A program made the position numbers and the translations under genes. Below are positions 10,613-19,807 of a DNA stretch of 57,759 bases, one piece after another. Position 1 is the stretch's first letter; every line of letters begins with the position of its first letter. Under the pieces are notes generated by a model, which saw nothing but the letters and a program-made list of their open reading frames with translations, had not been told where the DNA came from and did not search any database. Source of the stretch: Candidatus Binatia bacterium (GTDB taxonomy: Bacteria; Desulfobacterota; Binatia; UBA9968); contig JBGQBP010000001.1 in NCBI GenBank assembly GCA_041494945.1, positions 1 through 57,759 on the forward strand. Direction: 5' to 3'.

Positions 10613-11614
10613 ATGAAAACCTTGTTTTGGCTCACAACCCTGTCGGCAATCACATCGCTGGCAATCTCGATCGGCGCGAGCGATACAAGCGCCCAGGAGA
10701 AGATCAAACTCTCCTACAGTTCCGTGGACGCGACAAATTCGATTTATTTCGTCGCCCTGGAACGGGGCTTTTATAAAAAGTACGGGTTGGACGCCGAGCT
10801 GATTTTTATTCCGAGCACGCCAACCAGCGTATCCAGCTTGATCGCAGGAGACATCAAGGTCGCCAACGCCTCGGGCAACGCGATCGCGAGCGCCGCGGTC
10901 GGTGGCGTGAGCCTCGTGACCGTGGCCTGCTACATCAACACTCTTCCCTATGAGCTCGTGGTGCAGGAGTCGATAAGATCGGCGGAAGATCTGAAAGGTA
11001 AGAGCATCGGCATCAGCCGAGTAGGAAGCGCTTCGGATATGGCCGCTCATGTTCTGATCAAGGGGCTGGGTTTGGAGCCCGTCAAAGACGTCCCCATCAT
11101 ACAGGTCGGAGGCGCCCCCGAGAGAGCGGCGGCGTTCCGCACCGGCAGAATCGTGGGGTTCCCTTCTCCTCCCGGCATTATCAACCTCGCCAAAGGAATG
11201 CCGCACAAAATACTCATCAGCACCGCGGACCTACAGAAGCGATTCGAATTTCCCTACATCTGTGCCAACACGACCAAGAGCTATCTCAACGGCCACAGAG
11301 ACGCAGTGAAAAAAGTGGTCATGGCGCTGACCGAGGGCGTTTACTTTTTCAAGACGCGCAAGGAAGAAACCAAGAAAATCATCGCCAAGTTCGGGAAGCA
11401 GGATAACGAGGCCTATTTGGAGAGCGCCTACAACGCAATGGCAAAACTCTACGAGCGGGTGCCGCTCGTCACGAGACCCGGCATGGAAGAGCAGATCAAG
11501 GAAGCCGTCGCGCGTAAACCCGGCGCCAGCCTTAAAGTGGAAGAGATCGTTGATGAAGGAATTGTAAGGGAGTTGGAGAAAAGCGGCTTTATCGACAAAC
11601 TATACAAGCAGTAG
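10613..11614 (+). CDS. NMT1/THI5-like (NitT/TauT family) ABC substrate-binding protein; orphan
   Basis: 333 aa with a signal peptide. Paralogous to 25789..26802 and 32044..33051, sharing the C-terminal ...GFIDKLYKQ / GFIDGLYKKK. Confidence 0.75.
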   Translation: MKTLFWLTTLSAITSLAISIGASDTSAQEKIKLSYSSVDATNSIYFVALERGFYKKYGLDAELIFIPSTPTSVSSLIAGDIKVANASGNAIASAAVGGVSLVTVACYINTLPYELVVQESIRSAEDLKGKSIGISRVGSASDMAAHVLIKGLGLEPVKDVPIIQVGGAPERAAAFRTGRIVGFPSPPGIINLAKGMPHKILISTADLQKRFEFPYICANTTKSYLNGHRDAVKKVVMALTEGVYFFKTRKEETKKIIAKFGKQDNEAYLESAYNAMAKLYERVPLVTRPGMEEQIKEAVARKPGASLKVEEIVDEGIVRELEKSGFIDKLYKQ

Positions 11615-11637
11615 TCCGGACGGCGAAGCGCCCGGGT

Positions 11638-11838
11638 TTACTGTTCGACGTTCTTCGCGCGACCGTGCCCGGAAAAAACCAGATCCAAAGCAAGACCCGC
11701 AGCGATGGCATCCCAGGCCTCCTCCGGCGCGAGTCCACTGGCCTTGTACGATTGCCATAAAGAAACAATCTCCTCCAGAGTGGGATAATCAAATCCTTCT
11801 AGTCTGGTGGAATGCCCCGTTATTTCGAGTTGGCTCAT
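11638..11838 (-). CDS. small hypothetical protein (66 aa from the ATG at 11838)
   Basis: ORF only; no motif recognised. Confidence 0.25.
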   Translation of the reverse strand: MSQLEITGHSTRLEGFDYPTLEEIVSLWQSYKASGLAPEEAWDAIAAGLALDLVFSGHGRAKNVEQ

Positions 11839-12010
11839 GCGCCGAAAAGGAAGCAATGGATATGCCATAGCGCTAACTAGCTGAAATATCGGTGAGGGCA
11901 ATTATAATGGAGAGTAATTCAGCGACAGCTTTGGATACCAACTGCCACAATGTGGAACAAAATTACCCGGACGAGTGCGACGAACCGTTCGAAACGTGAC
12001 AGATTGAGCG

Positions 12011-12412
12011 TCAGTCGATGACGGCTATTCCCGAAATCTCCACCATACAGTCGGGATGGTAGAGGCTCTTCACCTCGACCAGCGTTATAGCTGGAAAATA
12101 CTTGCCAAAAACTTCCCTATACGCGGCGCCGATGGCTTTCTTCCCGGCCAGATAGGCCGGGAGATCCGTCAAATACATGGTTAGCACGGCGAATTGCTGG
12201 GGTTTGCCGCCGGCGCCCTCCACCGCCAGCTTGAGATTCCGCATGACCTGGTGGAACTGAGCAACAAAGTCGCCTTTGCCGACCACCGATCCATCGGCAG
12301 AAAACGGGGCCTGTCCGGCGATAAAAACAATTTTACCCGAGGTGATCTTCGCCACGTGCGCGTAGCCGACGGGCTTCTCCAGTCCGGAAGGATTCAACAG
12401 TTCAAAGGGCAT
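12011..12412 (-). CDS. RidA/YjgF family reactive-intermediate deaminase
   Basis: 133 aa. PVGYAHVAKITSGKIVFIAGQ....MYLTD...VEISGIAV is the typical RidA layout. Confidence 0.85.
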   Translation of the reverse strand: MPFELLNPSGLEKPVGYAHVAKITSGKIVFIAGQAPFSADGSVVGKGDFVAQFHQVMRNLKLAVEGAGGKPQQFAVLTMYLTDLPAYLAGKKAIGAAYREVFGKYFPAITLVEVKSLYHPDCMVEISGIAVID

Positions 12413-12456
12413 TCAATTCTCCTCGTCTCATTTATGTTCGGCGCGGGCCGGAGTCG

Positions 12457-13518
12457 TCAATAGTTCTTCGGCGCCGCTTTACCCCATGCAGTAATAAAGC
12501 CTCTCAATTCTCCCACGACATCTTTCGACTGAGCGACGTAGGGCAGGATGATGCGCGTCGCCCCGGAGTCCCGGTAGGGCTTGAGCCGTTCATGGATTTC
12601 TTCCACCGACGTTACGGCCGCCATCGGCAAACCTTCGAACAGGCGGTCCGTGATCAAAGCTCTCGCCGCATGGAATCCACCGGTTTTCCAGGCGGCGCGC
12701 ATCGCCTCCACTTCGGCGCCGAAACCCATTCGCGTCAAAAGATCGCGATAATAATCCGCCAGAGCATAGTAAGTGAGCGCGTGACTCAAGGCCTCGCGCG
12801 CCTGCGCCCGATCCTCGGCGACCGAACAACGCATTTTACAAATGATCTCTACACTGTCGGGAGGTTTTCCGGCCTCTTTGGCTCCTGCTCTGGCCTGCTC
12901 GGCGATGCGCCGAATCTCGGCCGGATTAGCCATGTTGATCAGCACGCCGTCGGTCAACATGCCCGCCAGTCGCGTCATCTTGGGCCCAAACGCAGCAAGG
13001 TAGGTTGGAATGGTTCTACCGGATGGTCTGAACGCCAATTTGAAGCCGCGCGCGGAATAAAATTCGCCGGAGAAATTTAATTTTTCTCCGCTCATCGCCC
13101 GGCGAACGACTTCCAGATATTCTCTCACCCGGCCGAGCGGACGGTCGGACGGGAGACCATGCCACTCGGCGATCGTCGGATTCGAGACCCCGACCCCCAG
13201 AAAAAATCGTCCCTGCGACAGCTCATCGAGACCGACCGCCTGAAGAGCGAGCGTCGCCGGCGTGCGCCCGAGAATGTGGTAGACCGCAGAGCCTATTTTC
13301 AGGCGCTTTGTGACCGCCGCGATGGCCGACAGCATCACCGTAGGATCTTTGTTGTTGGCCTCGCCGCCCCACGCGCAGTCGAACCCGTTCGCCTCGGCCA
13401 ACTGCGCGAGTTCGGGAATCGCGTCCATCGGCAACTGCGCGCCGGAGTTGAATTCGATATCGATCTGCACTCCGTTTCCGATAACATCAAAAATCCGGTG
13501 GATCAAGGAATAATACAA
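12457..13518 (-). CDS. LLM-class (luciferase-like) flavin/F420-dependent oxidoreductase
   Basis: 353 aa. AEANGFDCAWGGE...IGSAVYHILGRTPATLA...FFLGVGVS is the TIM-barrel LLM pattern. Confidence 0.8.
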   Translation of the reverse strand: MYYSLIHRIFDVIGNGVQIDIEFNSGAQLPMDAIPELAQLAEANGFDCAWGGEANNKDPTVMLSAIAAVTKRLKIGSAVYHILGRTPATLALQAVGLDELSQGRFFLGVGVSNPTIAEWHGLPSDRPLGRVREYLEVVRRAMSGEKLNFSGEFYSARGFKLAFRPSGRTIPTYLAAFGPKMTRLAGMLTDGVLINMANPAEIRRIAEQARAGAKEAGKPPDSVEIICKMRCSVAEDRAQAREALSHALTYYALADYYRDLLTRMGFGAEVEAMRAAWKTGGFHAARALITDRLFEGLPMAAVTSVEEIHERLKPYRDSGATRIILPYVAQSKDVVGELRGFITAWGKAAPKNY

Positions 13519-13669
13519 AACGCTTGACGCACGGTGATGGTTTGGCTTAATGAGTTGCCCGGACTTTTTAATTTTGCCTCTGTCGTATTGGGAGCTTGGG
13601 CGTTTCGCTCAGTAAATAGATGATCAAGTCTGGGACATTGAGGAAATCTTCGTCTGCGGTCTTGCCAAT

Positions 13670-14467
13670 ATGGCCTTCTTTTTCGGTTTGATCATCGGTC
13701 TTTCTCTTGGCCTGACGGGAGGCGGCGGTTCCATATTCGCCGTGCCGCTTCTGATATACGGGCTGGGCGTGCCAGTTCACGATGCGATCAGTGTCTCGCT
13801 GGCGGCCGTTGCATTGACCGCCGGATTTGGCGCCGCCGGGGCGATTCGCTCAGGGTTGCTCGAATACCGGGCAGGATTGATCTTCTCCGTAGCCGGCATG
13901 CTGACCGCGCCCATCGGCGTGAAGGCATCCCATTGGTTTTCCGAGTCGACGATCGTAACGGCCTTTGCCGTTCTCATGATCGTGGTCGCGTTGTCGATGT
14001 GGCGCAGGGCAGCGCGAGCTGCGGATGTTATCCCTGCCGCCGTTTCCAAGGCGGGCCCGATCTGTCGTTTCAACCCCAATCGGCAACTGCGCTTGACCGC
14101 GCCCTGCAGTCTGGCGCTAGCTGCGGCCGGTATCGGCTCAGGGATACTATCCGGTTTCTTCGGAATAGGCGGCGGCTTTGTGATCGTGCCGGCGCTGACC
14201 TTCCTGACACAGTTGGACATCCATCGAGCAGTCGCCACTTCGCTGCTTGTGATAACGCTCGTCGGACTGTCCGGTGTAGGCGCAGTCCTCGTGGAAGGGC
14301 GGCAACTTCCCTGGGCTTTGTCCGGCTTATTTGTACTCGGGGGCTTTGCGGGCATGCATGCAGGCCGGCTGCTCGCGCGGCGAATCGCGGGCCCGAGACT
14401 GCAGAAAATCTTTGCCTTGGCGATGGTCTTCGTCGCTGCGTTCGTGCTAGCGTTCAGGCAATTTTAA
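13670..14467 (+). CDS. TauE/SafE family sulfite/anion exporter
   Basis: 265 aa, polytopic. The GLTGGGGSIFAVPLLIY and GIGGGFVIVPAL halves are duplicated. Confidence 0.8.
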   Translation: MAFFFGLIIGLSLGLTGGGGSIFAVPLLIYGLGVPVHDAISVSLAAVALTAGFGAAGAIRSGLLEYRAGLIFSVAGMLTAPIGVKASHWFSESTIVTAFAVLMIVVALSMWRRAARAADVIPAAVSKAGPICRFNPNRQLRLTAPCSLALAAAGIGSGILSGFFGIGGGFVIVPALTFLTQLDIHRAVATSLLVITLVGLSGVGAVLVEGRQLPWALSGLFVLGGFAGMHAGRLLARRIAGPRLQKIFALAMVFVAAFVLAFRQF

Positions 14468-14700
14468 GGATCAAGTCACGGTGTTCACGCGTGCCGAACA
14501 GTACGCTTGGCCGCCGATAGGCATCAAGGGTTGGATCACGCAAGTCAATTCCGGCCATCGCGATCGGTCCGCGCAACCCACGAACGTGCGTATGCAGGTG
14601 CGGAAATAAAGGAGCGAGCCGGCATCGAGCGAAGAATGCTTGCCTTTGCCGACTTGCTGAGCTAATGAGCTAAAGAGAAATTACGTTTCGAGGAGAGATC

Positions 14701-15309
14701 ATGGATGCGATCAAACTCTACGATTTCCTATCATCGCCCAACTGCCAGCGCGTGAAGGTAGTTCTCGCGGAAAAAAAGCTTCCTTACGAAACCGTCCCGG
14801 TCGATCTCAAAAAAGGCGAGCAGAAAAAGCCGGAGTTCTTGAAGCTCAATCCCTACGGCAAGGTGCCGGTCCTCATCGACGGCGCCACCGTTCTCTACGA
14901 GTCGCTTATCATCAACGAATACCTAGACGAAAAATATCCCGAGCCGCCGCTCATGCCGAAGGACCACGCCAAAAGAGCCAAGATCCGCATTCTCATCGAC
15001 TACGGCATGAATCATCTCGATCCGCCTTATCAAACGATACGCAAGGAGATGATGAAAGACGAGAAGGAAAGAAGCCGGGAGACCATCGACAAGGCAAAAC
15101 AGGAACTCAAAAACCTGCTGCAGCGGTTTGAGCGCGAGATCGGCGACCAGCAGTACCTCGCGGGAGATTTCTCGCTGGTCGATGCCGCCCTTATTCCTCG
15201 ATTCATCCGCATGGAGGGAATGGGAGTTTTCCCCGACGCCTCACTGTCCCGGCTGGGAGGTTGGCTCAAGCGGATGAAAGAGCGCCCTTCGGTCAAAACC
15301 ATCACGTAA
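14701..15309 (+). CDS. glutathione S-transferase
   Basis: N-terminal thioredoxin-like fold: KLYDFLSSPNCQRVKVVL...GKVPVLIDGATVLYESLIINEYL. Confidence 0.85.
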   Translation: MDAIKLYDFLSSPNCQRVKVVLAEKKLPYETVPVDLKKGEQKKPEFLKLNPYGKVPVLIDGATVLYESLIINEYLDEKYPEPPLMPKDHAKRAKIRILIDYGMNHLDPPYQTIRKEMMKDEKERSRETIDKAKQELKNLLQRFEREIGDQQYLAGDFSLVDAALIPRFIRMEGMGVFPDASLSRLGGWLKRMKERPSVKTIT

Positions 15310-15407
15310 ACATCCAGGATTTTTAATTAGTGGCCGGCCTGGCTGAAGCTTGACAGCGGATGGCGCAATGCCATAGTAGGGCTCGCGCGCTTCAAAGGAA
15401 CCTTCTT

Positions 15408-16208
15408 ATGGCTGTGGCACGGCTCGCTCTGGTCGTCCTGCTCTCCACTGTTCCCTCCACTCTTCCGTCCGTCCACGCCCAGACACAACAGCAAAGTATC
15501 GTGATCGGCGGCGCCCAGTCTCTGGCACCGGCGGCGGAGAAATTTTCTGCCCGCTTTCGTAAAGACCATCCGGGAGTCGAAATCGAAATCCGGCGCGCGA
15601 ACTCGAACTACGGCGTCAGCGCAGCGCAATCCGGGGAGATCCACATCGGCCTGGTAACCCGCAATCTCACGAGCGGCGAAAGAGCCGGGCTCAATGTGGA
15701 ACCGGTCGGCCACGACGCGATTATTTTTTTGAGCTACCCGTGGAACCAGGTGGCCGGCCTAACGTTGGAACAGCTCCGGCAGATTTATCTGGGAAAGATC
15801 ATAAGCTGGCGCGAGGTCGGCGGCGAAGAAAAGGGCATCGTGCCGCTGACGCGCGAGGCGAGCTCGGCCCTCCACGCCATGTTTATCGAGAATCTTTTCG
15901 GCAAACGCTTCAACGGCCAAGAAAAGGCCTTTGTCCTGCGCGCCAGCAAAGATAAAATTTTACGCACGATCAAGCGCGTTCGCGGCTCCTTGGGCTACGG
16001 CATCGTCGGCCTGGAAGAAGCTCAGGCCGAGGGCGTGAAGATATTGGCGATCGATGGAAAATCACCGACCGGAGACAACATCGACCGGGGAGTTTATCCC
16101 TTCACCCGGCCGCTGCTTCTGGTCAGCAAGAACGGCGTCGACACGATCGCCCAGGAGTGGATCCGCGGGTTCGTAAAATTCGGCAAGCAGCCGGAGAACA
16201 ATCGATGA
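15408..16208 (+). CDS. PstS-family (PBP-like) periplasmic substrate-binding protein
   Basis: ATG at 15408 within ORF 15360..16208. Signal peptide, then IVIGGAQSLAPAAEKFSARFRKDHPGVEIEI...YGV. The stop overlaps the kinase start (ATGA). Confidence 0.7.
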   Translation: MAVARLALVVLLSTVPSTLPSVHAQTQQQSIVIGGAQSLAPAAEKFSARFRKDHPGVEIEIRRANSNYGVSAAQSGEIHIGLVTRNLTSGERAGLNVEPVGHDAIIFLSYPWNQVAGLTLEQLRQIYLGKIISWREVGGEEKGIVPLTREASSALHAMFIENLFGKRFNGQEKAFVLRASKDKILRTIKRVRGSLGYGIVGLEEAQAEGVKILAIDGKSPTGDNIDRGVYPFTRPLLLVSKNGVDTIAQEWIRGFVKFGKQPENNR

Positions 16209-18055
16209 AGAGCGTCCTTCACAAACTCCTGCTTTCCTCCCTGGTGATCATCCTCCTGCCGATGGGCCTGGCGATCCTGTGGACCTCAATGACCCTGTCC
16301 TCCATCCTCGAGCGGCGGTTTGCGGAAAAGTCTACGGCCCAAGCCGAACACGTAGAGCTGCTCCTGAGCGAAAAGCAGGAAACGGCCATCGGCCTCGTGC
16401 ACTGGATCGCGGAGATGCCCGGGGTCAGGGACGCCCTCAAAAAACGGGACCGCGCGGTGCTCTTCCAACATCTTCTACCCTTGGTCGGATCGGTCCAGAT
16501 GGACTTCATCGAAGTCCTGGATCGGTCCGGCAAAATTTTTCTGCGCGTTCACGACCCCTCCGTTTACGGCGACACTCCGCCCCTGGCCAAGGATGTCCAG
16601 GGCCTGCTTCAAGGGATCGGCGAGATGTCGAATTATGGCGTGGAGGAACGCTCCGGAAGGGCGTACCTGCGCGCAGCGGAGAGCATCGAAGAAAAAAATA
16701 TCCTCGGGGTCGTCAGCGCCGGATATGCCCTTAACCGCGACTTGGTCAAAAAATTGGAACAGATTGCCGGCGGAAAAGTCGTCATCGCCGTCGGCAACAG
16801 GCTTTACACATCGGAGAGCCCGGGCCAGGCGGCCAAGCAGACACCGACGGCATCGGCCGCAAGCATTGTCGACTGGACACACGAATGGCATCGCGGCGGC
16901 CCGTCGCCCTCGCTGGAAATTCGCGCGCCGCTGGTAACCGACCGCGGAAGCGAAGGCGTAATCTCAATTTTCTTCCCTTCCCGGGAGATGACGACGGCGA
17001 TCCAGAGTCTGCAACGCGCCTTGTTGTCGGTCGCGCTGATTGGCATCGCGCTGGCTTTTTCGATTTCATGGATTTGGGGACGGCGATTGACCAAGCCGCT
17101 GAAAGAATTGGTCAGGGGAACCGAGCAGGTAGCTGCGGGAGATTATTCGGCCGCCGTCAGCATCGATTCCACCGATGAGATCGGCGCTCTGGCCGCTTCA
17201 TTTAATCGGATGCTGGAAGAGCTCGGCAGGTCCAGAGCCGAGGTGGAAAATTACCGCCAAGAATTGGAGCGGAGGTTCGACGAGCGCAGCAACGAGCTGG
17301 CGGACACCGAGAAAAAAAGGGCCGCGATGGCGCACATGATCGCGCACGATCTTAAGAACCCGCTTCTAGGGATCAAAAAAACTCTGGAGCGCCTCGATCA
17401 AACTCCGCCGGAAACCAACGGAGGACAGCGAAAAAAAATTCTTCAGGATCTCGTGAGCGCCGGAGATCTGGTCCTTGGAATGGTCAACGAGATGCTCGAT
17501 ATCTACCGCTCGGATTTCGGCGACCTGCCGCTGGCCCTGGCCCCGCTTCGCGTCGAAGAGCTGATCCAAACCAGCCTGCGCATCCTGGGTCCGGAGATCG
17601 AGGAGAAAAATATCGAGGCCGTAGTCCGCGGCGACGCTTCGCACATTCTCCTAACGGCCGATAAGAGACGGTTGACGCGCCTGCTGATCAATCTGCTGAG
17701 CAACGCCATAAAATTTTCTCCGAACCGAAGCCGCATCGAGATAACGGCGTCGCTGGTAGGCAGCGATCAAGGACACGGGCCCCGCGCGGTGATTCGCGTC
17801 GAGGACCAGGGCGACGGTATTCCGGAGTCCGATCTGCCGAAAATCTTCGACGTGTTCTATTCACGCGATCAAGGCAGCCTCGAAACCGGGACCGGCCTCG
17901 GCCTCCCCTACTGCAAGCTCGTGGCCGAGGCGCACCGGGGAAAGATCTGGGCCGAATGCCGGGCAGGCGGCGGCTTCGCGGTATCCGTCGCGCTGCCGTT
18001 AAATCCCGAAGAGGAGCAACAAAACCATGCCGATCAAGATCATGATCGCCGATGA
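16205..18055 (+). CDS. sensor histidine kinase (periplasmic sensor, HAMP, HisKA, HATPase_c)
   Basis: H-box MAHMIAHDLKNPL, N-box LLINLLSNAIKFS, G-boxes DQGDGI and GTGLGLPYC. Two TM segments flank a sensor region of about 270 aa. Confidence 0.9.
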   Translation: MKSVLHKLLLSSLVIILLPMGLAILWTSMTLSSILERRFAEKSTAQAEHVELLLSEKQETAIGLVHWIAEMPGVRDALKKRDRAVLFQHLLPLVGSVQMDFIEVLDRSGKIFLRVHDPSVYGDTPPLAKDVQGLLQGIGEMSNYGVEERSGRAYLRAAESIEEKNILGVVSAGYALNRDLVKKLEQIAGGKVVIAVGNRLYTSESPGQAAKQTPTASAASIVDWTHEWHRGGPSPSLEIRAPLVTDRGSEGVISIFFPSREMTTAIQSLQRALLSVALIGIALAFSISWIWGRRLTKPLKELVRGTEQVAAGDYSAAVSIDSTDEIGALAASFNRMLEELGRSRAEVENYRQELERRFDERSNELADTEKKRAAMAHMIAHDLKNPLLGIKKTLERLDQTPPETNGGQRKKILQDLVSAGDLVLGMVNEMLDIYRSDFGDLPLALAPLRVEELIQTSLRILGPEIEEKNIEAVVRGDASHILLTADKRRLTRLLINLLSNAIKFSPNRSRIEITASLVGSDQGHGPRAVIRVEDQGDGIPESDLPKIFDVFYSRDQGSLETGTGLGLPYCKLVAEAHRGKIWAECRAGGGFAVSVALPLNPEEEQQNHADQDHDRR

Positions 18056-18686
18056 TGAACGGCTCTTTCGCCAAAGCCTGAGAAAGTTGCTGGAGGGCGT
18101 GAAAGACATACGCGTCGTCGCAGAAGCCGCGGACGGGCAGGAGGCGGTGGTGCAAGCGCAAGAGAAGGAGCCGGACATCGCGCTTCTGGACGTGCGCATG
18201 CCGAAGATGGACGGGATCAAAGCGGCCAAGCTCATCTCCAGCCTGGTCCCCAAGGCCAAGGTGCTCATGCTCTCGATCCATGATGACGACGAAAAGATTA
18301 TTTCGGCGTTGAGGGCCGGCGCCGTGGGATATATTCTCAAAGACGCCGACCAAAAAGACTTCATCGACATCATACGCCACACCTATCAGGGCAAATCGGT
18401 GAGCTCGCCCTATCTGGCTCATCTGACGATTCCGCGCGAAGCGCGCGCTCCTCATAACTCGGAGGAGGACAAGAAAAAAGAATTTGCCGAAAAGTACGGA
18501 CTGACCGAGCAGGAGCTTAGACTCCTTCATCTCTTGGCCGAGGGACTGAGCAACGAGGAGATGGGCCGTCTGGTGAATCTCTCGCGCGAGACGATCAAAA
18601 TGCACTTGAAGGCACTCTTTCGCAAGCTCCAGGTTAAAAACCGCACCGAAGCCGCGGTCCTGGCCGTGAGGGACGCCCTTGGGTAG
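18027..18686 (+). CDS. NarL/LuxR-family response regulator
   Basis: REC domain (IMIADDE...DIALLDVRMPKMDG) plus a LuxR HTH (LTEQELRLLHLLAEGLSNEEMGRLVNLSRETIKMHLKALFRKL). Confidence 0.9.
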   Translation: MPIKIMIADDERLFRQSLRKLLEGVKDIRVVAEAADGQEAVVQAQEKEPDIALLDVRMPKMDGIKAAKLISSLVPKAKVLMLSIHDDDEKIISALRAGAVGYILKDADQKDFIDIIRHTYQGKSVSSPYLAHLTIPREARAPHNSEEDKKKEFAEKYGLTEQELRLLHLLAEGLSNEEMGRLVNLSRETIKMHLKALFRKLQVKNRTEAAVLAVRDALG

Positions 18687-18723
18687 CTCTCCGAGGTGGA
18701 ACTACAAACACCCATTCGGGGAG

Positions 18724-18751
18724 TTGACGTCGAAGGCAACCAGGATATAGA
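18724..18751 (+). promoter_or_regulatory. sigma70-like promoter candidate (TTGACG, 16 nt, TATAGA) upstream of the peroxiredoxin gene
   Basis: Hexamers read directly at 18724-18729 and 18746-18751. Confidence 0.3.
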
Positions 18752-18821
18752 TTTGACGCTCCCGGACGCTGGCCTGCATGGTTCGAGGTTGTTGAACATC
18801 AAATTACTCAGGAGGTCGATC

Positions 18822-19373
18822 ATGGAACAGTTGAAAAGAGCCAGGGTGAATTCGATCCTCTCTATCATCTTCGTTCTGGCCACGGCCGTTTCGGCGGCTG
18901 CTCTCGAAGTCGGAGAAAAAGCGCCGGACTTCGAGCTCAACAGTACCAAGGGAGGAAAACTCAAGCTCAGCAGCCTCAAGGGAAAAAATGTTCTCATCAA
19001 CTTCTACGTGCTGGACTTTAACCCAACTTGAATCACGGATCTGCAAGCGTCCGGTTCGGACAATTACGTAAAGTTCCAAGCAGAAAATACTGAAGTTTTG
19101 GGCATGAGCGTCAACACAGCCTTCTCACAGAAAGCCTTTGCCGATTTCGCTAAGATCAACTATCCGCTGCTCAGCGACCCGGATGGGAAAGCAATAAAGG
19201 CCTTCGGTGCGTACAATGAAGAAAGACGGGCCGCGAAGCGCGCTTATGTCATTATCGATAAGGAGGGCGTGGTGCGTTATTTAGACATCCGCCCCTCCAA
19301 CAGCGAAAAAGATCTTCATTCCACAGAGCAGCTTTTGAACGAGGTCAAAAAGATTAACCAAGGGAGGTCATGA
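18822..19373 (+). CDS. AhpC/TSA (PrxQ/BCP-like) peroxiredoxin, predicted selenoprotein with in-frame TGA at 19029-19031
   Basis: ORFs 18696..19031 and 19098..19373 share a frame, and no other stop lies between them. The ATG at 18822 follows AGGAGG. The sequence reads ...NVLINFYVLDFNPT-TGA-ITDL..., so the TGA aligns with the peroxidatic Cys of the FYPxDFTPxCTxE motif. Confidence 0.7.
19041..19070 (+). promoter_or_regulatory. candidate bacterial SECIS hairpin
   Basis: GUCCG-GUU-CGGAC stem-loop at 19049-19061. The G/U-starting apical loop lies about 25 nt after the U of UGA. Weaker pairing (AA:UU, G:C, U:G) extends the stem. Confidence 0.45.
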
Positions 19374-19437
19374 GCTCTTCGTAAAGCAAATTTTATTTGT
19401 TATGAATAGTCATAAATTCACACCAAGGAGGATAGTT

Positions 19438-19758
19438 ATGAAAAGATCCAATTTATTAATCGCAGCTGTGGTCGCGGTCAGTTTTATGGCCGGGCAGGCA
19501 TTCGCGTTCACTTGCCCGGTGCTCCAGAAAGCCGCTAACGAGTCGATTGCAAAAGCCGAAGCGGCAGCCGAGAAGGTTACCGATGAGAGGGAGAAGGCGC
19601 GCGCCATGACGCTCATCGCGATGGCCAAAGATTTGGTGCAACAGTCCGTGGCCGACCACAAGGAGGCCGGCGCTAAGAAAGACGCGCAGCTTCATTACAA
19701 TGCTGAAACGAAGGCCAGAGCCGCGAAGGCGCTTGCCGATATCGGATGGGTGAAATAG
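19438..19758 (+). CDS. small secreted alpha-helical protein (hypothetical)
   Basis: The ATG at 19438 follows AAGGAGG. Signal peptide MKRSNLLIAAVVAVSFMAGQAFA, then an A/K/E-rich helical sequence. Confidence 0.5.
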   Translation: MKRSNLLIAAVVAVSFMAGQAFAFTCPVLQKAANESIAKAEAAAEKVTDEREKARAMTLIAMAKDLVQQSVADHKEAGAKKDAQLHYNAETKARAAKALADIGWVK

Positions 19759-19807
19759 CGCGACACCAGAGGCGCGCTCGCCATAGTAAGCCACACTGAA
19801 GGTAGCA

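Noticed and set aside
18696-19373. Peroxiredoxin as a simple nonsense-mutation pseudogene, or as two separate genes as in the ORF track
   Set aside because: The stop is a TGA exactly at the catalytic Cys codon. The downstream frame is intact for 114 codons with conserved-looking sequence, and a hairpin lies at SECIS distance. The pseudogene option is not fully excluded without evidence for sel genes.
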